Assembly: GCA_964016885.1 (NCBI GenBank)
Contig: OZ024740.1
Location: 308,450,001-308,514,000 of the forward strand
Source of the DNA: Eledone cirrhosa
Lineage: Eukaryota
Length of the DNA: 64,000 bases
Reading direction: 5' to 3'
Shown: positions 1-11,129 of the stretch, in pieces
Layout: each line of letters begins with the position of its first letter
Position numbering within the stretch: position 1 is the first letter of the stretch
The notes under the pieces: generated by a model
Databases searched by the model: none
What the model was told of the DNA's origin: nothing
What the model saw: only the letters and a program-made list of their open reading frames with translations
Position numbers and translations under genes: made by a program

Positions 1-61
1 GCCATTGAATTTGTGGTTTGAAGAAGGTTGCCATTGAATTTGTGGTTGTTGCTGCTGATAA

Positions 62-456
62 TCTCCTTATAATATATAACCAGCAATTTCTCTGTGTCTG
101 TGTGTCCGACAGTGGAAACACGTGCGCACGTGCGAATGTTTTTTGCGCACGCATAGAGAGTGAGAGTGAAAGAAAGAGACAGACTGAGAGAGATAGAGTG
201 AATAGATGCTAAAACACGTGCGCACGTGCGAATGTTTTTTGCGCACGCGTAGAGAGAGAGAGTGAAAGAAAGAGACAGACTACAAGAGGGGGAGAGAGGG
301 GGGAATTGAGGAGTGCTACAGAAACATATATACATTTCTGTGTGTGTGTAATATATATATATATACACACACAGAAATATATATACATTTCTGTGTGTGT
401 AATATATATATATATATATATACACAGAGAAATATATATACATTTCTGTGTGTGTA

Positions 457-487
<31 letters not shown>

Positions 488-655
488 GAAATATATATAT
501 ATACACACAGAAATATATATACATTTCTGTGTGTGTAATATATATATATATATATACACAGAGAAATATATATACATTTCTGTGTGTGTAATATATATAT
601 ATATATATACTAGATTTGCTCGCAGAAAACCGCCCACCGGGTGGTTTTCTGCTAG
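62..655 (+). mobile_element. Non-autonomous Helitron, copy 1
   Basis: Starts A|TC (tctccttataatatataac). Ends with the hairpin gcagaaaaccgccc-acc-gggtggttttctgc and then CTAG (652-655). Contains an internal palindromic minisatellite. Confidence 0.75.
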
Positions 656-834
656 TCTCCTTATAATATATAACCAGCAATTTCTCTGTCTGTCCGACAG
701 TGGAAACACGTGCACGTGTGCGAATGTTTTTTGCGCACGCGTAGAGAGAGAGACTACAAGAGGGGGATAGGGGAGGGAGAGAGGGGGAATTGAGGAGTGC
801 TACAGAAACATATATACATTTCTGTGTGTGTGTA

Positions 835-865
<31 letters not shown>

Positions 866-1005
866 GAAATATATATACATTTCTGTGTGTGTAATATATA
901 TATATATATACACACAGAAATATATATACATTTCTGTATGTGTAATATATATATATATACACACACAGAAATATATATACATTTCTGTGTGTGTAATATA
1001 TATAT
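318..1005. repeat. Self-complementary minisatellite (acacagaaat-atatatac-atttctgtgt plus (TA)n, ~45-bp unit)
   Basis: The unit is repeated many times here and again at 3680-3735, 4277-4400 and 4650-4740. It produces the spurious IYIY ORFs. Confidence 0.9.
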
Positions 1006-3677
1006 ATCATCATCATCATCATCATCATCACCGTTTTACGTCCGTTCTTCCACGCTAGCATGGGTTAGACGGGTTGTCCTGTTGTGGGCAGTGTCTGGTC
1101 GGCTGACCATGCCTTGCTCATACAGGAACTGATCTGGCTTGATTTCTACAGCTGGATGCCCTTCCTAACACCAACCTCATTTACAGTGAGTGCTGGGTGC
1201 TTTTTCGTGGCGCCTACACGTCCACTTTACAGTGTGGGCTGGGTGCTTTTTTTGCCGTGGCACCTCCACGACCACCTTGCGGTGGGGGGGGGGCATATTG
1301 TTTATATGCTTCAGCATGTACCCATGGGAGGTCGGGTACCCTGTATTACTGCGTGACGCCAGAAGTCACGGTCGTGTGTCATTGACTTTGAGAGGTGTAG
1401 TTGGGTAAGGTCGGCTTTTATCACCTCATCCCAAGTCATCTTGGGTCTCCCCACTCCGCGGTTTCCATCAACTTCTAGTGCTCTGCACCTTTTTATGCAG
1501 CTGTCATCCTTCATACGCATCACATGTCCATACCAGCGTAACCGCCTCTCCTGCACGCAGCATTTGATTCCTCTTATGCTCAGTCTCTCTCTCAATTCAT
1601 TTATGCTTTGTCGTTCACGTATATTACTGTTACACATCCATCGGAGCATGCAGGCTTCGTTTCTCTCTAATCTACGTAAGTCTTCCACCTTCAGCGCCCA
1701 GGTCTCACTACCATGCAACATCGCTGTTCGGATACACGCATCATACAGTCTGCCTTTCATTCTGAGGGAGAAGCCTTTTGCAGCTAGCAGTGGTAGTAGT
1801 TCCCTAAACTTCTTCCATCCCGTTCTTACCCTAGTTATTGTACTTTCTGAGCACCCACCTCCGTTGCTAATTCGGTCACCTAGGTAGCAGAAGCTGTCTA
1901 CTGTTTCTACAGGGCCCTCCCAGAGATTGGTGGTACTTGTTTCCTGTGGCTGTTTGCTTGCTGTTTCAGCACAGCTGCTGCATGTGGATCCTACATTCTT
2001 AATTAAGCTTCCTGAGATCCCGCTACATCTCTTGTGTACCCATTGTTTGCATTTGGGGCAAAGAATGGAGTTCCTACCTACACCTTTCCTACATACTGAG
2101 CAAGGCCATTTCCCTGAGGGGATCTGGGTTCTGTTTTCTCGTCTACTTATAAGGACCTTAGTCTTTGTCATGTTGACTTTGAGGCCCTTTCTCTCTAGTC
2201 CCTGCTTCCAGGTTTGGAATTTATTCTCTAGTTCTACCATAGATTCAGCTATGAGTGCGAGGTCATCAGCATACAGGAGTTCCCATGGGCATCCGGTCTT
2301 AAACTCCTCCGTTATTGCCTGCAGGACTATGATGAACAGGAGAGGGCTAAGAACAGAGCCCTGGTGGACCCCAACCTGTACGCTAAATTCCTCGCTATAC
2401 TCATTGCCAATCCTAACTTTGCTGACTGCTCCCCTATACATGGCTTGTACCGCTTTCACAAGCCATTCATCTACTCCTAGTTTTCTAAGAGCCCACCAGA
2501 TTACTGCACGTGGAACTCTGTCAAAGGCTTTCTCAAGGTCGACAAATGCCAAGTAGAGTGGCTTACTTTTAGCTAGGTACTTTTCCTGTAATTGCCTCAC
2601 AAGGAAGAGCGCATCAGTGGTGCCTTTCCCTGGTACAAACCCAAATTGCATCTCGTCTATATTCACCCGGTCCCTAATCAGCTGTGCTATAACTCTTTCT
2701 GTTACTTTCATGACCTGGTCCATCAACTTTATACCTCTATAGTTTCCTCTATCTAGTGCATCGCCTTTACCTTTGTAGCAGTTGACAATGATGCTACTGC
2801 ACCAATCTTTTGGTATGGCCCCCTCTAGTATTACCTGGTTAACGATACGTGTGGTTATAGTGTGACCTACAGACCCAGATGCCTTCAGCATCTCGGCAGC
2901 TATACCCGATGGACCGGTTGCCTTCCCTATCTTCATATCTCTGATTGCCTTACTTACTACGCTGCCGCTGACTTGTACTGCTGGTCCCTGTATAGGGTCT
3001 ACGTGGGGTAGGGTCTCTTCTTCCCATGCATTCTCCTCATTTAGTAATCTATCATAATGACTCTTCCATGCATCTTTCTTCTCAGCACTTGTGAGGGCAA
3101 GCTCACCTTTATCATTCCGGATACACTTCTCTCCAATGACATCACAACTATCTCTGACACACTGCCTCGCAATCTTGAATACCTCCTGTTTCTGGTCCTC
3201 ACGTTGTAAAACATGCTTGAATTTTCTATCCTCTGCTTCCCTCCTAGCTAAGTATACTTGTCGCCTAGCTTCCCTCTTGGTCTCTATGTAATGTACCCTG
3301 CTCCCCCCGTTCTTCCATTCTTTCCATGCCTGTCTCTTGGCCTTGACTGCTTCATCTACCTTATTGTTCCACCACCAAGTCACTCTCCTCCTGCTTGAGG
3401 TCTTACTCCAGCCACAAACCTCATCCGTCGCCTCTAGTAAGTTATTTTTTAGGAACTCCCAGTTCTCTTCTACGTTAAATGTCTCTATCTGTTCTTCTTT
3501 ACTGTCGTAGGCGTTGAGTAAAATATCTTTAAATCTGTTACTGGTTGAGGGGACTTTCAGCTTCCAGATCTTTCTTCTCCAGGTTGGCCTCTGTTTCAGG
3601 GCTCGTCTAGTTCTGACCGTGAGGTCGCTGACAACTAAGCTATGTTGGGATGTACATTCCTCACTAGGGAAGGCTTT
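1006..3677 (-). mobile_element. RTE-clade LINE, copy 1, 5'-truncated at the end of the APE endonuclease domain
   Basis: Open RT ORF, ~280-bp 3' UTR and (GAT)n tail at 1006-1031. Inserted into a (TA)n tract. Confidence 0.93.
1311..3677 (-). CDS. LINE ORF (APE C-terminal remnant, RT, embedded PHD finger, RTE C-terminus); no native start
   Basis: Motifs TSQHSLV (end of EN), NYRGIKL, QFGF, FVDLEKAFD, GVHQGSVLSPLLF, LLYADD, FCYLG, RRLRWYGHV, GRPK.TW. No internal stops. The first ~15 aa of the ORF-track entry come from the flanking microsatellite. Confidence 0.92.
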   Translation of the reverse strand, partial: KAFPSEECTSQHSLVVSDLTVRTRRALKQRPTWRRKIWKLKVPSTSNRFKDILLNAYDSKEEQIETFNVEENWEFLKNNLLEATDEVCGWSKTSSRRRVTWWWNNKVDEAVKAKRQAWKEWKNGGSRVHYIETKREARRQVYLARREAEDRKFKHVLQREDQKQEVFKIARQCVRDSCDVIGEKCIRNDKGELALTSAEKKDAWKSHYDRLLNEENAWEEETLPHVDPIQGPAVQVSGSVVSKAIRDMKIGKATGPSGIAAEMLKASGSVGHTITTRIVNQVILEGAIPKDWCSSIIVNCYKGKGDALDRGNYRGIKLMDQVMKVTERVIAQLIRDRVNIDEMQFGFVPGKGTTDALFLVRQLQEKYLAKSKPLYLAFVDLEKAFDRVPRAVIWWALRKLGVDEWLVKAVQAMYRGAVSKVRIGNEYSEEFSVQVGVHQGSVLSPLLFIIVLQAITEEFKTGCPWELLYADDLALIAESMVELENKFQTWKQGLERKGLKVNMTKTKVLISRRENRTQIPSGKWPCSVCRKGVGRNSILCPKCKQWVHKRCSGISGSLIKNVGSTCSSCAETASKQPQETSTTNLWEGPVETVDSFCYLGDRISNGGGCSESTITRVRTGWKKFRELLPLLAAKGFSLRMKGRLYDACIRTAMLHGSETWALKVEDLRRLERNEACMLRWMCNSNIRERQSINELRERLSIRGIKCCVQERRLRWYGHVMRMKDDSCIKRCRALEVDGNRGVGRPKMTWDEVIKADLTQLHLSKSMTHDRDFWRHAVIQGTRPPMGTC

Positions 3678-3968
3678 TATATATATATACACACACACAG
3701 AAATGTATATATATATACACACAGAAATATATACAACATCCCTTAGCTACTGTACTGTATCTGTTGCTATCTCTCTCTCTCCAGCTATCCCTCTCTTTTA
3801 GTCTGTCTGTTTCTCTCACTCTCACTCTTTCTCTTTGTAACACACTAACATTCCTCCCCTCTATCGCTGTGACGAATGGGGAGATGGAGGAGGAGGAGAG
3901 TCACTTCGTCACTTCACCTCTGCCTTTCTTTCTCTCCCCTCTCACTCCCTCATTACGTACAGACATTA

Positions 3969-4160
3969 GGGCGGTGGATTGGCAGAATCTGTAGAGTCGG
4001 ACACCATGCTTCATAGCATGGAGTTACGTCCCTTTACGTCCTGAGTTCAAATACCGCCGAGGTTAACTTTGCCTTTCATCCTCACGGGGTCGATAAAATA
4101 AAGTACCAGTAATGTACTGGGTAATTGCTGGCCTTGTGCCAAAAGTAGAAACAATTATTA
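3969..4160 (+). mobile_element. tRNA-derived SINE (Meta-domain-like core), representative of the most abundant family here
   Basis: gggcggtggattggcag head, B-box gagttcaaat, core gaggttaactttgcctttcatcct...gggtcgataaaataaagtaccag, (ATT)n tail. Other full or partial copies at ~9586-9700, 17476-17668(-), 34237-34342, 35606-35900(-), 45889-46076, 46490-46653, 52220-52377(-), 53897-54062(-), 55020-55180 and 58770-58925. Confidence 0.85.
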
Positions 4161-4377
4161 GAAACATTGCTTCATTTTTACATATCTAAGCATTAGTAAA
4201 ATAACTAATAATTTCAAAAGTAATTTTTCAATTCCAATTGTTATGAACAGCAAAACATTAATAATAATTTTGTTCTAAGAAATATTTATACATTTCTGAG
4301 TGTGTAATATATATATATATACACACACAGAAATATATATATATACACACAGAAATATATATACATTTCTGTGTGTG

Positions 4378-4419
<42 letters not shown>

Positions 4420-4423
<4 letters not shown>

Positions 4424-4611
4424 TAAAATAACAGATTAAAGTTTAAGCAAAGAATCGCTGCTTTCACCCTTAACGGGATCTTCTGAAACTAACAAAGTCA
4501 ATCTGTAAACGCAGAACTGCATATTTCAAAAAACGTTGCAACTGGAGGATTTGATATATATTTATCCTTATCGAGCCCTCTTTGGATTTTAGTCTTCAAA
4601 TTTATTATTAT

Positions 4612-4615
<4 letters not shown>
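4420..4615 (-). mobile_element. Penelope-like element 3' remnant (GIY-YIG tail plus pLTR with hammerhead-like motif)
   Basis: The minus-strand peptide IINLKTKIQRGLDK resembles the Penelope GIY-YIG C-terminal I..LKT..P.GLN. It is followed by a hammerhead-like fold at 4440-4490. Confidence 0.5.
4440..4490 (-). ncRNA. Degenerate type I hammerhead-like motif
   Basis: Minus strand: agttt-CAGAAGA-t ccc gttaa ggg t-GAAA-gca gcgattctt tgc-TT-aaact. All three helices pair, but the core has U4->A. Confidence 0.5.
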
Positions 4616-4662
<47 letters not shown>

Positions 4663-5224
4663 AATATATATACATTTCTGTGTGTGTAATATATATATAT
4701 ATATATACACACACAGAAATATATGGGCATTTCTCTGTTTGTCTGTCTGTCTGTCCTTCCCTAAAACTCAAATGTAGGTGCTACAGAAATATTACCTTCC
4801 CCTTCCTTTCTCCACTTTGGTACTACCAAGAGAAACACTGTCGCTATAGAAACATTACCTTCCCCTCTCCACTGACTTTGGTCACTGAGGCCGAGGGAAT
4901 CGCTGGTTGCTATAGAGACACCTTGCACAAGCCAGAAGTAACCAGTTCGAGGCGGTTCTGACTTGACACCATGCCAAGGACCATTTGAAGATATATTTCC
5001 ATCGTTATATCATAACGTTTATATTTCCGTCACTAATCTCTTTTTCTCCTTTTTCGTTTTAACATATATTTATTTCAAAGATTTCACCGTATAGATAACA
5101 TATATATTTATACATGCATAAAAGACAGACCGAGAGACGGTGAACATGTGGTGCCGAAAACATTTCTCATCCAAATCTCAACAATATCAGTATATACACT
5201 AGATTTGCTAGCAGAAAACCGCCC

Positions 5225-5977
5225 ATTTTCAATGCCCTAGGGACTGCATTAGGCGATTTAGCAATCTCTCTCTATAATTCTTAGTCTTTCTCTTTTTAGA
5301 TAGATACATACATATAACGTCACGTCCTTATAATATCTGTCTGTATGTCTGGCTGTCTGCATTACGTCACTTCCCTGAGGATGTCTGTGTGTGTCTGTGA
5401 GTTTGAATCCCTAAAACTCAAGAAGTACTCAACCGATTTTTTTCAAACTTTACATGTGTATTACTTATGTTTCAGGGAGTGTTATGCACATAAAAATTTC
5501 AACTTTTTGATCTCCTAGGGCCCGCATTAGGTGAAAAACTGCGTTTTTTAAGCTTTTTAGTGGGTTTTTTAGGCGTTACGTCAGACCGATTTCCTTGAAA
5601 TTGTAACTGTCAGTCTCTTCTTCATACCGTGGGCAAAGAAAATCCAACTTTTTTATGGCCTAGAGCTCGCATTAGGTGAAAAACTTCATTTTTCAGCTTT
5701 TTGGAGACGTTACGTCTAGCCGATTTTCCCGAAATTTCAAGGCATATTATGCACATAAAAAAAAATTCATTTTCTTGATCCCTAGGGCCCGCATTAGGTG
5801 AAAAACTGCATTTTTCCTGCTTCACCGAGGAAAATCTTAAAGATTATCCAGCCATCAGAGTATTTGGTTTATTTTCTTTACATATTGTCCAGGCATGCAG
5901 TTTTTCCACGATTAGATCTATTGGCGGCCCGCGTTCCAAAATACTTTATCCCGTGCAACGCCGGGTACCACTGCTAG
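5225..5977 (+). mobile_element. Non-autonomous Helitron/Helentron-like element
   Basis: (GTCT)-like tract, aaccgatttttttcaaactt motif, 3-4 internal repeats ctagggcccgcattaggtgaaaaact, subterminal hairpin cccg-tgcaacgc-cggg, and terminal CTAG|T (5974-5978). Confidence 0.72.
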
Positions 5978-7672
5978 TTGTATGTGAGTGGCAATAAAGA
6001 AACTATACTGAATGGCATTAGTATAATGAAAATGGACATTAAACAAAGATGATGATGATGGACTAAATCCCTTGAAGGTTGTCCCCTACCATCCAGTAAA
6101 AGAATATGGAATGGACCTTCATCAATTTCAATTATGACTTCCATCAGTTTGTTCTACATGCAAGTGGCTGAGCATTCTATACAATGTAATGTAATTCTCT
6201 GGAAGATTCTGCATGACACAGTGTGTTACATAGAACAATCTATTTAACAGGCTTCCAAAAAGTTTCCATCTCTCCAATTCCACTCACAAAAGCTTGGGTT
6301 GGTTCAAGACTTGCCCAAGATGCCTCACAATAGGATTAAACCCTGAATCTTATGATTGCAAAGTGAATTTTTTAACCATTTGGCCATATTGGGTTTACTC
6401 TTTTTCAGTGGCCTGACATTTCTTTGGTGACTTCTCAGAGTATGTGCTCTCATGTGTAAGCTGAGACCAATCTGGGAACTGCACTCATATCTATAGATTA
6501 TTCCTGATTTTGAGGTCGAAGTGCTGTTCTGTGCACATCACCAGTGAGATGAGTGATGCTGAACCTTGGGTCATTGCTTGCCAGACCTTTTGTCCTTCAT
6601 ACAGGTTTCCTAGTCTGTCAATAGTATTTGATATTTGTTTAGATCATCTTTGTATCACTTCATTTGACCCCAAATGTCTCTCTTGCTATGCTTAAGCTCT
6701 TAATACAGGAACTTCTTTACTATGCACATATCCAGCCTGTCTAAGTTGAGATTTGGTTATAATGGCTTCAATATTCATGCATTGCCACAAGAGTGTGTTT
6801 CGATATTTTCAATTCGATCTTGATGCATAGGATGCGCCTTGGTTTGTGTTTGTGGAATGCCTTTAGTTGCAGCTGATGACATTTGTTCAGTGCCCAACTT
6901 TCACAGCAGCAAGTCAGTGTTAGTATGTCAATGGCGTATGTAAACATTAATCTTCACTGAGGTCTCTGTTGTTAAAGACACAGACATTCAAAGACCCAAA
7001 CATGTGGTTGCATTGCTTACCTGGCTCTCAATCTCAGGGTCAATGCTGCAGTCTCCGGATACATAGCTATTCAGATATTTGAAATGTTGAGTGTTTATCA
7101 GTGTAACTCTGTTGGTATGAAGGTCTGGAGGATTATCAGATAATCCTAACATGCTTTGAGCTGATACCTCAGTTTTGCACACAATTGACACACTTGTATT
7201 CAACTATTATGTTGAAAAATAGAGCTAGTTTTTATAGATCTTGTTCAGAGTGAGTTACTAAAAGTGCCCAACCCACACTATAAAGTGGTTGTATTGGTGA
7301 CACAACAAAAAGTGCCCAGCTAACACTGTAAAGTGGTTGTGTAGGTGATATGATAAAAGGTGCCCAACCCACACTGTAAAGTGGTAGTGTTGGTGACACA
7401 ACAAAAAGCACCCGCTGTAAGTGTCACGATGTGGTTGGCATAAGGAAGGACATCCAAGCATAGAAACAAAGCCAAAATCAGTTCTATATGAACAAGACAC
7501 AGTCATCCAATCTGGCTTGACTCACAGCAGGACAACTTGTCTAACCCATGCTAGCATGGAAAATGGATGTTAAACGGTAATCATATTTGTTTCCATGCTG
7601 TAATTTTGTTTGTTCATGGAATTTCCCAACCTGGTGATATGTTGACAAGCTACAAACCTCTTTATATTTCAG

Positions 7673-7742
7673 CCGTGCTGTAATAGGAGTCAATGTTGAA
7701 GAGGAAGACAGAAAACACACATGGATGGAAGATGCTGAGTCA
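7673..7742 (+). CDS. PRPF6: PRPF6 internal exon (first exon in window; upstream exons lie outside): [23 protein letters not shown]
   Basis: tttcAG acceptor at 7671-7672 and GTAAGT donor at 7743. The translation matches Prp6 [23 protein letters not shown] from memory of the human protein. Confidence 0.93.
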
Positions 7743-8423
7743 GTAAGTAGTTTCAATGTAGTGATGATGATGGTGTAATAGCATGTATGGTAACTACTGA
7801 GTTAATTTAGGCGTGATAAAGAAATATTGCTGGAAATAGGATAAGGTCCCAAATAATAAAGGTGGAATAAGAGGTGGGGGGGGGGGGGGATAATTTTTCT
7901 AGGTTGTCTCTGTTGATTTTTTTTAAAACCAGAATTAGTCGTTTAGTTTATATATTGAGACCCTAACTTTATTTTATAATGTATGGGATTTCTAGTAATG
8001 TAATTTTTTTGTCATGTATAATGTTTTTTCTTTTAATGTATAAACAAAATTAATTGTCGCAGAATGCTACCACTTAAAATAAAATTTTGCCAGAGGTAGA
8101 TTAGCAAAATTTAATAAGTGGGAGGGGGATCTGAAAAATTAATAAGCTGGCTGCCGATAGGAAGGGCATCCAGCCATTGAAAATTTGCCAAACAAATTAC
8201 CACTTATGTCAATTTAGGTCAAATATAACTTATTTCACATCTGGTCAAAGTAAAATTATTGTTATGACCAGGAATGTGGCATGAACAAATCCCCAAAACC
8301 AGTGTTTGTTGATGCTATAGTGTTATAGTGAAGTACAGTCAAAGGGATTCATATGTTAAAGCCTAGAATATGGCTTAAATGAATCCAAAGACCCAGTTTT
8401 CAGCACTGAAAATGCAGATAATT

Positions 8424-8758
8424 CATCATCATTTCATTTTACGTCCACTTTTTCCCTGCTTGCAAGGGTGGGACAGGAACTGATTCTGGCTTGATTTCTA
8501 CAGCTGGATGCCCTTCCTAACACCAACCTCATTTACAGTGAGTGCTGGGTGCTTTTTTGTTGTGGCACCTCCACGACCACTTTGCAGTGGAATGATATGG
8601 ACCCCAGTCCCTATTTTCTCATTTCTACAGCTGACTAAACTGGAGCAATGTGAAATAAAGTGTCTTGCTCAAGGAAACAACACATCACCCAGTCTGAGAA
8701 TTGAACTCACAACTTTTCGATTGCAAGGCCAATGCTCTAACCACTAAGCCATGTGCCT
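8424..8758 (-). mobile_element. tRNA/CORE-like/RTE-tail SINE (sister of 37503-37839)
   Basis: Near identity to 37503-37839 is visible even in the ORF track (MPFLTPTSFTVSAGCFF...LQGQCSNH in both). Confidence 0.85.
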
Positions 8759-9114
8759 CCATAAAACTATTAACAAAGATAATTAATTGACCAATTCTGA
8801 AAATGTTGTGAGTGAGACGATTCATATTTTGGCAGGGTTTTTCTGGCTAGATGCCCTTCCTATCACCAATAACTTTACAGTGTGGACTGCGTGCATTATT
8901 TGGGCCACCAGCACTAAAGAGGTTGTCTTACTGGTATCAAGTGTCCTCTCCTCCCTGTGTTAGTTTTTATTTGAAGCACCTGATCTCCTAGACGGGTTGC
9001 CTTCACTACGGCTTACGGAGCCCACATCTACCCCATATAAAAGTATAAAAGTAATGTCATGTAGGACATTGTTTTTCCTCCTCTCATACCTTCTCTATCT
9101 CTCTTTCTACCCAG

Positions 9115-9236
9115 TGTGCATTGCATAGTGCATATGAATGTGCCAGAGCAATCTACTCTCATGCCTTGGCAGTGTTCCCCAGTAAAAAGAGTATTTGGCT
9201 AAGAGCAGCCTATTTTGAGAAGAACCATGGATCAAG
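9115..9236 (+). CDS. PRPF6: PRPF6 exon: [40 protein letters not shown](R)
   Basis: Polypyrimidine tract plus ccAG acceptor and GTAAAT donor. Matches Prp6 [28 protein letters not shown], and the phase fits both neighbours. Confidence 0.95.
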
Positions 9237-10425
9237 GTAAATATTTCTTCACAATTATTCAATTCTTTAATTTACTCTGTGCTGGTTCAAGAAAGGGAGA
9301 GTTGTATTTTTGTTATTTTCTAAATTAATTTTGTCAAATATTGAATGTTTAAATATTCTGTTTTTGCCATCCCTTTTGGAAAGTCATTGTCTCATTTGAA
9401 GAGTTCTTACTATCTAAAATTATATTGTGAGTTTCCCAGTATTTACAATCAAATAATTTGTCTCAATTTATAGGATCATTGTCCCATCTTAAAGTGTTGT
9501 CCTCATAGTTTATAGCATTATTGTCTTTATTTCAAGTATCATTATCCCAATTTATATATTAATTGTTGCTTTAGAAGTCTTAATTGAGTTCAAATCCCAC
9601 CGAGGTTAACTTTGCCTTTCATCCTTACAGGGTCGATAAAATAAAATACCAGTAATACACTGGGATAATTGCTGGCCTTGTGCCAAAAATAGAAACAATT
9701 ATTTATATATATCCTCACTGTCCCAGTTCATATACATGGCCGACTGAATACGCATGTGTGTTTATTTTCCCCGTTCTTTCCTCTCATCACTCTTTATTTT
9801 CTATTTCTAACTCTATCTTCTGATGAAGGACTCTCTTCCTGCTATTTCAAGCATTAAACTAATATATTTCTTCCATGTACTGTGCCGTTTGTTTTGTTAT
9901 TTTTGTTTACCTTTTACATATATATATATATATAAATTTAGAAGAAAGAAGGTGCTTTGTGGTTACTGATAAAGTGTATTTAGAAATGAAGGAAAGCCCA
10001 AACAAGGGACAGGTGCCCTCTTCAGTCATCTGCTGATGATCTCGGACGTTTCAACGCATTAAAGACAATACGTCTATCCCCAGTGCGTCAATAACTTTGG
10101 AAGTTATTGGGGAAAGAAAAGAAGAGAGAGAGAATAAATTAAACAGAAGTGAAAAAAAGAAGAAAAAAAACGCAGAAAACATACTGATCAAGAGGCGGGA
10201 AACATGAGGATCAGCACATGTATGTAAAGTAACCAGGGGAGAGAGAGGAAGTTAAACCGGTGGTTGGGAATAAGTCCAGCACTTTATTAACAGCAAAGAA
10301 AAACACATCTAACCTCGGCGGGAGCAGTGAAATGAGGGAAGGACGACAGAAAATGGAAGTTTGTATACATTTTGCGGGGACAGCATGTATATATATATGT
10401 GTGTGTGTGTGTGTATTTATGTCTT

Positions 10426-10456
<31 letters not shown>

Positions 10457-10496
10457 CCTAGTCTGTATGTGTCCCCATTATGACAACAGTAATTAA

Positions 10497-10875
<379 letters not shown>

Positions 10876-10909
10876 TATGTTATATTGAATGGTATTATGT
10901 GATATTATG

Positions 10910-11093
10910 GCGGTGGATTTGGGAGTATCGGTAGAGGGTCGGACGCCATGCTTTCCAGCATAGTTACGTCCCTTTATGATCTGAGTTCAAATCCCGCCGA
11001 GGTTGACTTTGCCTTTCATCCTTACGGGGTCGATAAAATAAAGTACCAGTAATGCACTGGGTGATTGCTGGCCTTGTGCCTAAAGTAGAAACA
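10910..11093 (+). mobile_element. SINE (same family) with 16-bp TSD
   Basis: TSD attatgtgatattatg at 10894-10909 and 11094-11109. Confidence 0.88.
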
Positions 11094-11129
11094 ATTATGT
11101 GATATTATGACATTATCCTTTTCAAAACG

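Larger units (their letters stand above)
656..5225 (+). mobile_element. Non-autonomous Helitron, copy 2 (head-to-tail with copy 1), interrupted by a LINE, a SINE and a Penelope-like remnant
   Basis: The same 5' end tctccttataatatataaccagcaatttctc follows CTAG immediately. The same minisatellite resumes at 3680, 4277 and 4650. A truncated 3' motif ctagatttgctagcagaaaaccgccc is at 5199-5224. Confidence 0.6.

Noticed and set aside
209-1132. IYIY/CVC-rich ORFs (also 4498-4961, 31011-31453, 63320-63609)
   Set aside because: Translations of (TA)n/(CA)n microsatellites and the Helitron minisatellite.
1441-2556. Plus-strand ORFs of 148 and 209 aa (and their twins at 20924-22039)
   Set aside because: Antisense shadows of the LINE RT ORF, with no recognisable motifs.
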